Both the position numbers and the translations under genes were made by a program. A DNA stretch of 43,328 nucleotides from Candidatus Yonathbacteria bacterium. GTDB taxonomy: Bacteria; Patescibacteriota; Minisyncoccia; Phycocordibacterales; JACNGX01. Under the pieces are notes generated by a model. It was not told where the DNA came from and did no database searches. It was given only the letters and a program-made list of their open reading frames with translations. The stretch is taken from the NCBI GenBank assembly GCA_013334825.1, contig JAAXWR010000001.1, positions 406,731-450,058 of the forward strand, given 5' to 3'. Of the stretch, positions 21,191 through 30,907 are shown piece by piece; the first letter of the stretch is position 1; every line of letters starts with the position of its first letter.

Positions 21191-21252
21191 AATGTGAAGA
21201 TTATACTGTATTTCCCTGAAATTGTCTGCCCCACATCGCTAAAGCGAAGTGA

Positions 21253-21650
21253 TGCGGACGGAGAGACTTGTTCCGCGGTTACTAATCATAATGCTCCAAG
21301 CACTCGCATTTTTATAAGTACCGCTATGACGTCGAGCACCACTTTTGCCATTGCAAAAGTGGTGCTCGGTTCAAGTCTCTCGGGCCCAGCTCTACTTTCA
21401 TATATTCACAGGGTGTAAAAAAAATATAAAAAACACAAAAAACGTATATAATAAATATACGTTTTTTGAAAGTAGAGCTGGGTGCGGACGGAGAGACTTG
21501 TCCCGGAGTTACTAAGTAACATGCTCCAAGTATTCGCATGTTACTAAGTACTCCTGGACGCGGCGTGCCATCGTCGCCTAAAGGCTCCGATATGGCTCCG
21601 CCGTTCAAGTCTCTCGGCCGGGACACATTGTCCCGTCCAGGGAAACCAGA
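21253..21650 (-). repeat. Two tandem tRNA-associated units matched to tRNA-Leu(TAG)
   Basis: Each unit: GAGAGACTTGAAC, hairpin B, hairpin C, sense CAAGTCTCTCCGTCCGCA (plus-strand copies near 21253 and 21483); units linked by a 16-bp inverted repeat at 21385-21400 / 21467-21482. Confidence 0.85.
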
Positions 21651-21695
21651 GATTACCTCACTATAGAAAATCAACAAATGGAGATGTTGTGCAAG

Positions 21696-21777
21696 TGCGG
21701 ACGGAGAGACTTGAACTCTCATGGGTTGCCCCACTGGTTCCTAAGACCAGCGCGTATACCAATTCCGCCACGTCCGC
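21696..21777 (-). tRNA. tRNA-Leu(TAG)
   Basis: Reverse complement GCGGACG...CT-TAG-GA...GAGAGTTCAAGTCTCTC-CGTCCGC-A. Confidence 0.95.
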
Positions 21778-21790
21778 AATATAGATATTA

Positions 21791-22116
21791 AGCACAACTT
21801 TTGCCATTGCAAAAGTTGTGCTCGGTTCGATTCCTGGCTTGCCACGCCAAAGCTTTAGCGAAGGCAGGCTTGCCACGCCGAAGCCTTGGCGAAGGCGGGG
21901 CGCGAGCCAAGCAATTGGCTCGCTGTGTCTGGACACCACTGTGTCCATCCTACCTGAGAATCGTCCCGCGGTTACTAATAAAAATGCTCCGAGCACTCGC
22001 ATTTTTATAAGTACCGCTGGACGTCGAGCACCACTTTTGTATAGACAAAAGTGGTGCTCGGTTCGATTCCTGGCGCGAGCCAAGCAGTTGGCTCGCTGTG
22101 TCTGGACACCACTGTG
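21791..22116 (-). repeat. About 1.6 tRNA-associated units matched to tRNA-Lys(CTT)
   Basis: Hairpin A then CCAGGAATCGAACC (twice), hairpin B (twice), hairpin C, degenerate sense 3' end CGATTCTCAGGTAGGATGGACAC. Confidence 0.85.
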
Positions 22117-22189
22117 TCCATCCACCAGGAATCGAACCTGGAACCTGCCGGTTAAGAGCCGGATGCTCTACCAATTGAGCTATGGATGG
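22117..22189 (-). tRNA. tRNA-Lys(CTT)
   Basis: Reverse complement CCATCCA-TAGCTCAATTGGTAGAGC...CT-CTT-AA...CCAGGTTCGATTCCTGG-TGGATGG-A. Confidence 0.93.
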
Positions 22190-22308
22190 ATATCGTATTA
22201 TTCCGAAGAATACTATCGATGAGAAAAGTATATCAAAAACCTGCGGGAATGCAACGACCTCATATACAAAACAAACGCCTGAGGCGCTTGTTTTGTATAC
22301 TTTTTTTC

Positions 22309-22554
22309 CTAAAGTCCCAATGTCGCTTGAATAAATTTTATAATACCACCCACGGTAACCATAATAAACATTCCTGCGAGACCCCATAGCATATGATTCC
22401 TTCCATTTTCCCTAGCATTCTCATCACCCGATTGAAAGATATATGCGGCTACACCCCAAAGAAAGAGTGCAAAACCAAGCGCAAACACAACACCGATAAT
22501 CGGATTTACAATATGTTCGACGATATTATCTATAACGGTGTCAACTGCTGCCAT
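22309..22554 (-). CDS. Pilin-like small membrane protein (TrbC/VirB2-like, CPR type)
   Basis: FLWGV..YI...G....R..GR..M.WGL.G.FIM two-TM pattern. Confidence 0.75.
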   Translation of the reverse strand: MAAVDTVIDNIVEHIVNPIIGVVFALGFALFLWGVAAYIFQSGDENARENGRNHMLWGLAGMFIMVTVGGIIKFIQATLGL

Positions 22555-22629
22555 AAAGTATATAAGAAGAAAACATCAAAAAGAGGAAATGCGCGCCATA
22601 CTTAGCAAAGACACGCACTCCTCGCACTA

Positions 22630-22995
22630 TTAGTTGTTCGAACCATTCATAGGAACAGTCGGGAGATTGACACTGCCCCCGGTATTGATACGGAAGGTAT
22701 TAGCGAGTACTTCAACAAGTCCCCATACAGCAATCATGACAAACAAGGTAACGATACCATAAATCATGATTGTACGTCCTTTATCTTTTTCCGCATCAGC
22801 CTTTAAAAGATACATTGCAAGACCAAAGAAGAATATGACAACTGCAAGCGTAATAACAATAGGAATAAGGAGATCGAGAACGCTCTTGAAAACACCCAAG
22901 ATACTTACGAGTGTTGTTTGAGCAAATACAAGTGCGGGAAGGATTGTTGAAAGTCCCAAACCAGCATACGCGATCTTTTGCATAGAATTCTTCAT
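22630..22995 (-). CDS. Pilin-like membrane protein
   Basis: Signal peptide ending VFA-Q, two TMs, KGRTIMIYGIVTLFVMIAVWGLV. Confidence 0.78.
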   Translation of the reverse strand: MKNSMQKIAYAGLGLSTILPALVFAQTTLVSILGVFKSVLDLLIPIVITLAVVIFFFGLAMYLLKADAEKDKGRTIMIYGIVTLFVMIAVWGLVEVLANTFRINTGGSVNLPTVPMNGSNN

Positions 22996-23186
22996 AAAAA
23001 GAATGAAAATATGATTAAAATAAATAAAAAGACCTGCGACTCATCCGTTTCGTCCAATAGACAGATACGGAGAAAGCGTATCTATAGTATATTGCGAAAA
23101 CCTCTTTTCTGCAACGAACATGTGGATTTCGTAATAAATTAACACCCGTATATATATTCTCTACAAAAAAGAGGAACACGCCTCTA

Positions 23187-23660
23187 TTATCTTGAATTTC
23201 CTACTTCGGCATTTGTAAAATCAGACCAATTAAAAGAAGTATCTTCATTTTTTATATCTGTGGAGCTTGTTCCTAATATATCAGGTGTCTGAGGGACTTC
23301 AGTACTGGTCGTTTCAAAAATAGTTTGTTGTGCAACTTCTATCAACCCCCACAACGCAACAATAACAAAAAGAGAGACAATACCATAAACCATAATCTTA
23401 CTTCCCTCACTATACGAAGCGCTATCTCCCGCTGAAAAGAGCATTTTTGCAAGACCAAACAAAAATGCCACAAGTGCAAGTGTTACAATTACAGGAACCG
23501 CAACATCAATAATCTCGACTAGCATCGTTGCAAGTTCAGAAAAAGTCCCAGGAGCAGCGAACACAAATAAAGGAAATGCGCCGACAACATATGTTACCAA
23601 AAAAATAACGTGTTTCTGAAAAAATATCTTTGTCATAGGTATGATGTTAAAGTCCTGCAC
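23187..23660 (-). CDS. Pilin-like membrane protein
   Basis: Signal peptide ending VFA-A, AGD.....GSKIMVYGIVSLFVIVALWGL; start may be 23636. Confidence 0.75.
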   Translation of the reverse strand: MQDFNIIPMTKIFFQKHVIFLVTYVVGAFPLFVFAAPGTFSELATMLVEIIDVAVPVIVTLALVAFLFGLAKMLFSAGDSASYSEGSKIMVYGIVSLFVIVALWGLIEVAQQTIFETTSTEVPQTPDILGTSSTDIKNEDTSFNWSDFTNAEVGNSR

Positions 23661-24027
23661 CGATATCTGTTACTGTCGCATTCAAAAGTTGTGCGATTGC
23701 AAGTGCACCAAGAAGAATCGCACCACCAACAAGTGTCCATGTAAATGCGGTCTTTGCCGTTGTAAGCTCTGTTTGGTTTCCTTGAGCTTTAATAAAAAGA
23801 AAACCGGTATATACAATTGCAAGAACAAGAATGGGAAAACCAATGCGTATTGCAACACGAAGAATTTGTTCAACGAGAAGTGGCAATGTATCAACACCAC
23901 CCAAAGGATTTTCAAGTTTTACAGAAATACTAGGTGCCGCATAGACAAAACGTGCAACAAAAAAAGAACTTGCAGATATCACTGTCGCAATATACCGGAT
24001 ATGATGACGAATAGAAACTGATATCAT
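23647..24027 (-). CDS. Pilin-like membrane protein
   Basis: LENPLG...IVYTGFLFIKAQGN..EL..AK.AFTWTLVG. Confidence 0.78.
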   Translation of the reverse strand: MISVSIRHHIRYIATVISASSFFVARFVYAAPSISVKLENPLGGVDTLPLLVEQILRVAIRIGFPILVLAIVYTGFLFIKAQGNQTELTTAKTAFTWTLVGGAILLGALAIAQLLNATVTDIGAGL

Positions 24028-24055
24028 GATAAAAAATTAATATGAATAAAATATC

Positions 24056-24454
24056 TTATTTTGCCAAAAACCAATATCCATCATCAGCTACACCAAGTCC
24101 ACTCATCACAGTGTAAATGACAAGCCACGCCGCAAGGACAAGGACAAGTCCAAAAACCGCTGAACCAAAGACTTTGTGAGCTTGTTTAATTTTACCCTGA
24201 TCTCCCGCAGCAGTGAAATAGAGAAATCCACCATACGCAAAAAGCGCCGCGGCGACAATAGGTGCCGTCACCAAAAAGAAATTGAGAATATTTTGTACGA
24301 GTGAGACCAATTGAGTAAAATCACATTTATCACTATCCCCACCATCACAAGGAATAACTCCTCCTGCCGCCAAAACAAAAGATGGTACAAATACATATAT
24401 TACAAACATCATCAATGAAACATGTTTAGAAAATTTCGAAGAAAAGAAAATCAT
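24056..24454 (-). CDS. Pilin-like membrane protein with N-terminal Cys pair
   Basis: GVIPC......CDF..L, YGGFLYFTAAGD..KI..A. Confidence 0.78.
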   Translation of the reverse strand: MIFFSSKFSKHVSLMMFVIYVFVPSFVLAAGGVIPCDGGDSDKCDFTQLVSLVQNILNFFLVTAPIVAAALFAYGGFLYFTAAGDQGKIKQAHKVFGSAVFGLVLVLAAWLVIYTVMSGLGVADDGYWFLAK

Positions 24455-24486
24455 GATTACGCGTATAGTGTTAAGAGTATTGATAA

Positions 24487-25779
24487 TCAGTAGATACCCG
24501 AACCAAATCCTTCTGTCTTAATGAGTTGTTTCATCTCTTCTTTCATCGTATATACCGCTTCAGAAAGACGAGCTTTTCCTCCTGTAATTGACTCTGTTGT
24601 TTCCTTAAAGATAGTATACGACAATTCACTCTCTGGGTCGAGCCATCCTTTTGCCATAAGTGCTGACGCTTCAAACACAGAGACATAAGGGTCTTCGGAA
24701 GTTCCAGAAAGAAGAGATTTTCTTGTGGGAACAACGCCCAATTCTGATGCAAACATTTCCATTGATTCAGGAGATGAAAGTCCCGCGAGAACATACAGCG
24801 CACCTGAGGGATTTTTTGCACTCTTTGCAACTGCAACACCTGTCATCGCCCCATATGTTGCCGCACGACCACCGTCAGAAAGGCGTGGCATTGCGACGAC
24901 GTCAATATTTAAATGCGGATTACGTTCACGCACAAGAGCAAGTTCACTAGCATATCCAAAATACATGGGTAAATCACCTGCAACAAACTCTTCACGCGAC
25001 GAAGCAAATGAACGATTCCATGTATATATATCCTTACCTGGTTTTGCAAATTCAGTATAAAAGCGAAGAACAGATTCTGCTGCATCATCACGAAAATCAA
25101 GCGCCAACCCTGCATCTGTTTTTTGTGTTACTCCGCTTCCTGTCTGTAAAAAGAGAAGGGCGAGAATATCCTTCGCATGATCAATATTGGCAAATTCACC
25201 GAGCGCAACTGCAGGTTTAATGATTTCTCCTTTATCACTATATGTCGCAAATTTGGGAACCATAGCAAGAAGTTCGCTCCATGATGCTGGAGGATTCACA
25301 ACACCTACCGACGAAAAAGAATCTCTATTCCAATAGAGTACCATCGGGTCTACAAATACAGGCAATGCAATCAAACCAGCATCAGAGAGATATAATTCAC
25401 CTTCCTCAATAAAGGTGTCACGGAACGAACGCTCAGATATCGTTTCGGAAGGAATATTCATCACTTTATTTCCAAAACGCATAATCATATCTTCTGACAT
25501 AAGAAATACATCTGGTCCGTTACCTGCTGCAAAAGCTTCAACAAGTTCATCTTGATATGTTGATTCATATTTTTCAACATATGTCACGGTAAGCGTATTT
25601 GTTTTCAGCGGATCAAGTACGAGCTTCATCGTGCGTTCTTCAACCGTCCCCCATAACACGACATTACCACGCACAGAACTAGAGCTTCCAGGTGCAATCA
25701 CAAGAGTAAGAACACCGAGCAATAAAAATACTCCGAAAACAACGCCGATGATAAGTTTGAAATTTGTTGTATGTGCCAT
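24487..25779 (-). CDS. Extracellular solute-binding protein (sugar-binding family 1-like)
   Basis: N-terminal anchor, LWG, AAGNGPDVF, LPVFVDPMVLYWN, F.AG...MYFGYAS. Confidence 0.85.
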   Translation of the reverse strand: MAHTTNFKLIIGVVFGVFLLLGVLTLVIAPGSSSSVRGNVVLWGTVEERTMKLVLDPLKTNTLTVTYVEKYESTYQDELVEAFAAGNGPDVFLMSEDMIMRFGNKVMNIPSETISERSFRDTFIEEGELYLSDAGLIALPVFVDPMVLYWNRDSFSSVGVVNPPASWSELLAMVPKFATYSDKGEIIKPAVALGEFANIDHAKDILALLFLQTGSGVTQKTDAGLALDFRDDAAESVLRFYTEFAKPGKDIYTWNRSFASSREEFVAGDLPMYFGYASELALVRERNPHLNIDVVAMPRLSDGGRAATYGAMTGVAVAKSAKNPSGALYVLAGLSSPESMEMFASELGVVPTRKSLLSGTSEDPYVSVFEASALMAKGWLDPESELSYTIFKETTESITGGKARLSEAVYTMKEEMKQLIKTEGFGSGIY

Positions 25780-25797
25780 ATCAGAATGTCTCGTTAT

Positions 25798-26334
25798 TTA
25801 TATTTTTTCACAAATAATCCCGTAATGATATGCTCCCGCATCAAATACCTCTTTCATTACAAACCCTCCATCGGTAAAGAGCTGTATCGCTTCTGTCTTT
25901 GTTACAACCATATCAGATTGTGGACCGATACCACCAAACGATTCAATCCAATCAATAATCATAACGCGACCACCTTTTTTAAGAATACGTCGTACTTCTG
26001 CAACGGTATCTTTTTTTTGTTCAATAAGAAACAATATATTTGATAACATAACAACATCAACCGAAATATCCGGTAACCGTGTTCCTCCTATACGCTCAAC
26101 ATCTCCGGCCAAAATGCCAATATTCGAGAGGTGTGTTTGTCTTGCGACACTTGCAATACGTCCTAAAAGTTCGCGACGAACATCAATCGCATACACATGT
26201 CCGGAAGGACCTACCTTTTCTGCAGCGATAAATGTATACGCGCCCGTTCCTGCACCAATATCAGCAACAGACATACCTTCATGAAGATATAATCGAGCAA
26301 TAGTTGATTCTGGATTTGCGAAAGCAAGAGTCAT
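25798..26334 (-). CDS. Class I SAM-dependent methyltransferase
   Basis: VADIGAGTG, VYAID, RILKKGG; start reassigned to MTLAF. Confidence 0.88.
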   Translation of the reverse strand: MTLAFANPESTIARLYLHEGMSVADIGAGTGAYTFIAAEKVGPSGHVYAIDVRRELLGRIASVARQTHLSNIGILAGDVERIGGTRLPDISVDVVMLSNILFLIEQKKDTVAEVRRILKKGGRVMIIDWIESFGGIGPQSDMVVTKTEAIQLFTDGGFVMKEVFDAGAYHYGIICEKI

Positions 26335-26444
26335 ATTGTATATACAGTATACATCATCCTGCCCACGACAAGAAATCTCATGTTTGAAGATATGTGGATA
26401 TAGTATCAAACACGCACCTTGGAAAGGCGCGTGTTTGATACATG

Positions 26445-28988
26445 TTATTCTTGACTATCCTTTTCCACTTCACCATTCAGACACACCACAGATGCTATAG
26501 CATCCCCTTCACGCATTTTCATGATACGTACCCCTTGCGTCTGTCGTCCTAATGTAGGAATATCGGTTGTCGCAGTTCGGATGACTTGCCCCTTCTTGGA
26601 CATAGCAATAATTTCTTCAATCTCTTCATCAATAACACTTGCGCCAATCAATTTTCCTGTCTTTGCGGTAATCTGTGCGGTCAAAATACCCGAACCACCG
26701 CGCTTTTGTATCTTATATTCAGAAAGTTCGGTCTTTTTTCCATATCCACCCGCACCAACGACAAGAAGTTTTTCATGTTTCTCATCACGGACAATACCAG
26801 CACCAACAATCACATCACCCTTGGCAAGTGTCATTGCGCGCACACCCGCTGCGGTACGACCCATTTCACGAATATCAGACACTTCAAATCGAATAGACTT
26901 TCCTGCTGCCGACACAACAATAACAGTATCTTTTTCATGTACAGGCAAAACGGAAAGAAGCTCGTCTCCATCTGCAAGATTAATGGCAATAAGTCCATTT
27001 CTGCGTACATCCTTGAAACTATCTGCTTTTACGCGCTTGCTCGTCCCTTGTTTGGTAAGCATCATAAGAGACAATCCTTCCATATCTCTCATTTCTTTGG
27101 GCATCGGCAAAACTGATGACACGTTTTCACCATCAGCAAGTTGCAAGAAATTGACGATTGCTTTCCCTTTAGTAGCGCGACGTCCCTCGGGCAATTCATA
27201 CATTTTGAGTTGATACACCTTTCCTTTGTCAGTAAAGAACAAAATATCGCTATGTGTACTCGCGGAGACAAATGCCGTTACAAAATCTTCTTCTTTCGTA
27301 TTCATATCCACAACTCCCACACCACCACGCTTTTGTGCCTTGTATTCCGATGGATCAGTACGCTTCACGTACCCACCTTTCGTAAGAACGAGCATTGCAT
27401 TCTTTTCTTCCACCAAATCTTCAGGAGACATAATCTTTGCTCCCGATTTTACAATGGTCGTCTTGCGCTCATCGCCAAATGCCTCACGTGTTTCGAGAAG
27501 TTCTGTCTTTACCACGCCCATGAGTTTTTTCACATCCTTAAGCAATCCTTCATAGTACGCGATAAGTTTGCGCTTTTCTTCAAGCTCATCTTCAATCTGT
27601 TTACGCTCAAGACCAGCAAGTTTTTGCAAGCGCATCTCAAGGATTGCCGTTGCTTGAATCTCTGAAAACTTGAACTTCGCCATCAAGTTGGCATGCGCGG
27701 TTGGCGTATCCTTGGATGCTTTAATAATTTTGATGACTTCATCAATATGATCAAGTGCTTTTTTCAGACCTTCCAAAATATGCGCACGTTCTTGTGCTTT
27801 ACGAAGTTCGTGCTCGGTACGACGGGTAATCACTTCTTTACGGTGTTTAACAAATTCAGCAAGCATTGTCTTAAGCGCCAATGTTTGAGGAACACCATCA
27901 ACAAGTGCCACCATATTGTAATTGAATGTAGATTCGAGCTCTGTGTGTTTGTATATTGCATTCAATACTTTTTGTGGCTGCGCACCCGCTTTGATATCCA
28001 CGGCGACGCGAATATCTTTTGCCGATTCATCACGAAGACCCTTAATGCCATCTATTTTCTTTTCATGCACCAAATCGGCAATTTTCATAATAAGTTCCGC
28101 TTTGTTCACGCGATACGGGACAGATGAGATAATAATCTGATACTGTCCTGCTTTTCCTTCAACAATCTCGGCATGCCCACGACATACCACACCACCACGA
28201 CCAGTCGCGTACGCATGTTTAATATCAGAGGTACCAAAAGCATATCCTCCTGTTGGAAAATCTGGACCTTTTACAAATTGAAGTAAGTCTTCTGTCGTTG
28301 CCTCAGGATTATCAATAAGATGTGTCGTCGCGTCGATAAGTTCACGGAGGTTGTGGGGCGGAATATTGGTCGCCATACCAACAGCGATACCGAGTGTTCC
28401 GTTGGCAAGTAAGTTGGGAAACGCGGCAGGCAATACTGTCGGTTCTTTGCGTGTTCCATCATAGTTCGGTACATAATTCACCGTCTCCTTCTTTAAATCT
28501 TTCAGAAGTGCCTCGGCGAGTTTGGACATTTTTGCTTCGGTATATCGATACGCGGCAGGAGGGTCACCGTCGATGGATCCAAAGTTTCCCTGACCAATCA
28601 CCAGCGGATAGCGAAATGAAAAGTCTTGCGCCATTTTTACCATCGTATCATACACAGAAGAATCACCGTGCGGGTGATATTTACCGAGCACATCTCCGAC
28701 GATAAGCGCTGATTTGCGAAATTTCGCAGACGAAGAAAGCCCTAGTTCTTCCAAGGAGTACAAAATGCGACGATGCACTGGCTTCAATCCATCACGCACA
28801 TCAGGTAATGCACGCGACACAATCACGCTCATTGCGTAATCAAGATACGACGTACGCATGGCATGAGAAATATCCACAGGAACAACGGCTCCCGGGCGTA
28901 CTAACGATTCTGTACCACCGGTAACAGGTGGGGTTTCGTCTTTGTCTTTTTGTGAGTCATCTTCGTGACGTACAGGAATTTTGGGCAT
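26445..28988 (-). CDS. gyrA: DNA gyrase subunit A
   Basis: [41 protein letters not shown], GyrA-box-like QKRGGVG, beta-pinwheel repeats. Confidence 0.98.
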   Translation of the reverse strand: MPKIPVRHEDDSQKDKDETPPVTGGTESLVRPGAVVPVDISHAMRTSYLDYAMSVIVSRALPDVRDGLKPVHRRILYSLEELGLSSSAKFRKSALIVGDVLGKYHPHGDSSVYDTMVKMAQDFSFRYPLVIGQGNFGSIDGDPPAAYRYTEAKMSKLAEALLKDLKKETVNYVPNYDGTRKEPTVLPAAFPNLLANGTLGIAVGMATNIPPHNLRELIDATTHLIDNPEATTEDLLQFVKGPDFPTGGYAFGTSDIKHAYATGRGGVVCRGHAEIVEGKAGQYQIIISSVPYRVNKAELIMKIADLVHEKKIDGIKGLRDESAKDIRVAVDIKAGAQPQKVLNAIYKHTELESTFNYNMVALVDGVPQTLALKTMLAEFVKHRKEVITRRTEHELRKAQERAHILEGLKKALDHIDEVIKIIKASKDTPTAHANLMAKFKFSEIQATAILEMRLQKLAGLERKQIEDELEEKRKLIAYYEGLLKDVKKLMGVVKTELLETREAFGDERKTTIVKSGAKIMSPEDLVEEKNAMLVLTKGGYVKRTDPSEYKAQKRGGVGVVDMNTKEEDFVTAFVSASTHSDILFFTDKGKVYQLKMYELPEGRRATKGKAIVNFLQLADGENVSSVLPMPKEMRDMEGLSLMMLTKQGTSKRVKADSFKDVRRNGLIAINLADGDELLSVLPVHEKDTVIVVSAAGKSIRFEVSDIREMGRTAAGVRAMTLAKGDVIVGAGIVRDEKHEKLLVVGAGGYGKKTELSEYKIQKRGGSGILTAQITAKTGKLIGASVIDEEIEEIIAMSKKGQVIRTATTDIPTLGRQTQGVRIMKMREGDAIASVVCLNGEVEKDSQE

Positions 28989-29065
28989 ACGATATCAAAA
29001 AAATAAGAAAAATCTGAAATGAAATCCAAATACTACCAATCATTCATCGTATAGAGTATACCATA

Positions 29066-29359
29066 TCAACGATGAAGACTCCATGTCTCCGTTTGATGAG
29101 CAATATCAATCCATCCTGCCTGCGCATCCTCTCCCACCGCAGAAACTGTTGCGACACCCTGTTTTGCAATATCCACAAGAACAAGAAAAGGAGTATGGTC
29201 CTCAAAACTTGAGTCTTTTTTCTCATCAACAACAAAACGACCCTTAATAGTCGCGATACCAAACGTCCCAACGGCAAAGGCAACAAAAAACATCACAACG
29301 AATAATATCGTGTGCCGAACATCTTCTGGTTGTTTTCTGATATGAGTAAGGAGGGACAT
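29066..29359 (-). CDS. Hypothetical single-TM protein
   Basis: 97-aa ORF (IRKQPEDVR followed by a TM segment) upstream of gyrA. Confidence 0.6.
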   Translation of the reverse strand: MSLLTHIRKQPEDVRHTILFVVMFFVAFAVGTFGIATIKGRFVVDEKKDSSFEDHTPFLVLVDIAKQGVATVSAVGEDAQAGWIDIAHQTETWSLHR

Positions 29360-29489
29360 AGTTGCTGGTTGCTGGTTGCTGGAAAAATTCTGCTGTGTAA
29401 TTCTTGTTTGTCTTTAATCGTTAGAAGTTTACCGTTTATAGTCTTTGTCTTCATATTTCATATTTCTATTTTCTTATACCGTTTTTCTT

Positions 29490-29660
29490 CGTCATTCGTA
29501 CATTCCCCAGCACTATGCACCACGTGGGATGCACAGCACGCCATGTAGGGTGCGGGGCAGGCGTACACATTCGTTATTCGTATGTTCATATTTCTTGATT
29601 CCCGTCTCGTTTCGTATGTTCGTACTCGTTCGTACTTCGTAACCCTTCATCTCGTCTCAC
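29490..29660. repeat. Composite heptamer/palindrome repeat of the same family as 7095-7330
   Basis: TGCACCACGTGGGATGCA, TAGGGTGCGGGGC, GTTCGTACTTCGTAACCC, TTCCCGTCTCGTTTCGTA. Confidence 0.65.
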
Positions 29661-29662
29661 CA

Positions 29663-30286
29663 CTACGCTTTTTTCAACACAATGACCTCTCCTTCTTTTC
29701 CATCAATGTCTTTCTTTTTAAGCGTTGCTTTATCTACCGACTTTACACCTTCCGCTCCTGCTTCTTTCAGGAATTGCTTCATATTTTTCTCATCACCATC
29801 CATAGGAATCACGATGCGCGCGCCCAGTTTATTGGCAAGTTTTTGCGCTTCATCTGGAGGCAAAACTTCACCACCACCGACAGGGACAAAAAGGACATCG
29901 ACTTCATCAAGCGCCTCTTTGAGTTCCTGCGAAAGTTCTCCCGAGTGAAGCGCACCAAGATACACGAGGGTCATCTGTTCGAGAGCAACAATATAGACTA
30001 TGTTTAATCGTTCACGCCCATCACATGTCGTTGGTACAGCATATCCTTTGATGTAGACACCATCCACTTCATATTCTCCTGGTCCTGTAATTGTGAACGG
30101 TTCTTTGCCGTTGTAGGTAACTGACTCGACACCCGCATAATCTGGATGATCAAGGGATACCAAAGCAATATCGGCACCAAAACGAGATACTGATTCTTTT
30201 GAGTCTTTGCTGATGGGATTGAAAGCGAGAACCGTATCGCCAAACTGCACACGCATAAATTGTTTTCCGTAGTACGTAATGATCAT
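29663..30286 (-). CDS. Metallo-beta-lactamase-fold protein with degenerate metal motif
   Basis: MIITYYG, ADIALVSLDHPDY, ITGPGEYEV, VDVLFVPVGG, IVIPM. Confidence 0.85.
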   Translation of the reverse strand: MIITYYGKQFMRVQFGDTVLAFNPISKDSKESVSRFGADIALVSLDHPDYAGVESVTYNGKEPFTITGPGEYEVDGVYIKGYAVPTTCDGRERLNIVYIVALEQMTLVYLGALHSGELSQELKEALDEVDVLFVPVGGGEVLPPDEAQKLANKLGARIVIPMDGDEKNMKQFLKEAGAEGVKSVDKATLKKKDIDGKEGEVIVLKKA

Positions 30287-30382
30287 GCGTGTAGTATACC
30301 AACTCATAAGTTTTTTCGCTAGAGCTTCATACAAAAACGATAAAAAAATACATACCCCACACAAGTGTTCCAAACAGTTATC

Positions 30383-30428
30383 TTCCGCACGGCGAACATA
30401 TTGCGCGCAATATGTTCGCCGTGCGGAA
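30383..30428. repeat. Perfect 46-bp palindrome
   Basis: TTCCGCACGGCGAACATATTGCG|CGCAATATGTTCGCCGTGCGGAA, no loop or mismatch. Confidence 0.9.
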
Positions 30429-30468
30429 ATGTCTGAGATATATGCCTATTTCTGTCGTACGAAAATGC

Positions 30469-30573
30469 TTGACAAAGTATACACAATATGCTATACTTTT
30501 CCTATCAGTGAGGTGCGGAAACATTCTGAGCAATATGCAAATGCTTGACAAATAATTCAACATCTGCTATAAT
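30469..30573 (+). promoter_or_regulatory. Tandem sigma70-type promoters P1 and P2
   Basis: TTGACA(30469)-N17-TATACT(30492) and TTGACA(30545)-N17-TATAAT(30568), both with an extended -10 TG. Confidence 0.85.
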
Positions 30574-30584
30574 ACTCTCATACC

Positions 30585-30894
30585 ATACAGGGACGGAAGC
30601 ACCACCTTACAACATCATATATTCTACGTCTCTGGGGAGGGACATGACACGAGTCATTGTAGTGTACGTGTGCGAGAAAGCGATTGCTGTCTCTCTTCCC
30701 TATTTATACACTTTTCAGGAAGAGAGACGCCAATCGCTTTTTTGTCAGGAGAGCGACGGAGATGAGGGTTTGTTGGATACGGGGCATACATATATTTGGC
30801 CTTTCGTATCTCACTCACCTTCGCCGCCCTCTTGGCACATACAAGCCAAGATTGTACCTTACGTCCGAACCAATGGGGGCATGACTCCCTGTAT
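30585..30894 (+). ncRNA. Candidate large structured leader RNA
   Basis: Starts just after P2; closing pair ATACAGGGA/TCCCTGTAT; internal stems at about 30674-30742 and 30746-30834; GTGTGC/GCACAT. Confidence 0.6.
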
Positions 30895-30907
30895 CGGACA
30901 ACACCTG

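Noticed and set aside
21253-21500. tRNA-Leu 3'-end copies as prophage or island att sites
   Set aside because: They are only about 200-230 bp apart with no integrase or cargo; better explained by the tRNA-associated repeat
22309-24454. Five-gene pilin-like cluster as a novel system
   Set aside because: Such tandem pilin-like genes are a common feature of CPR genomes
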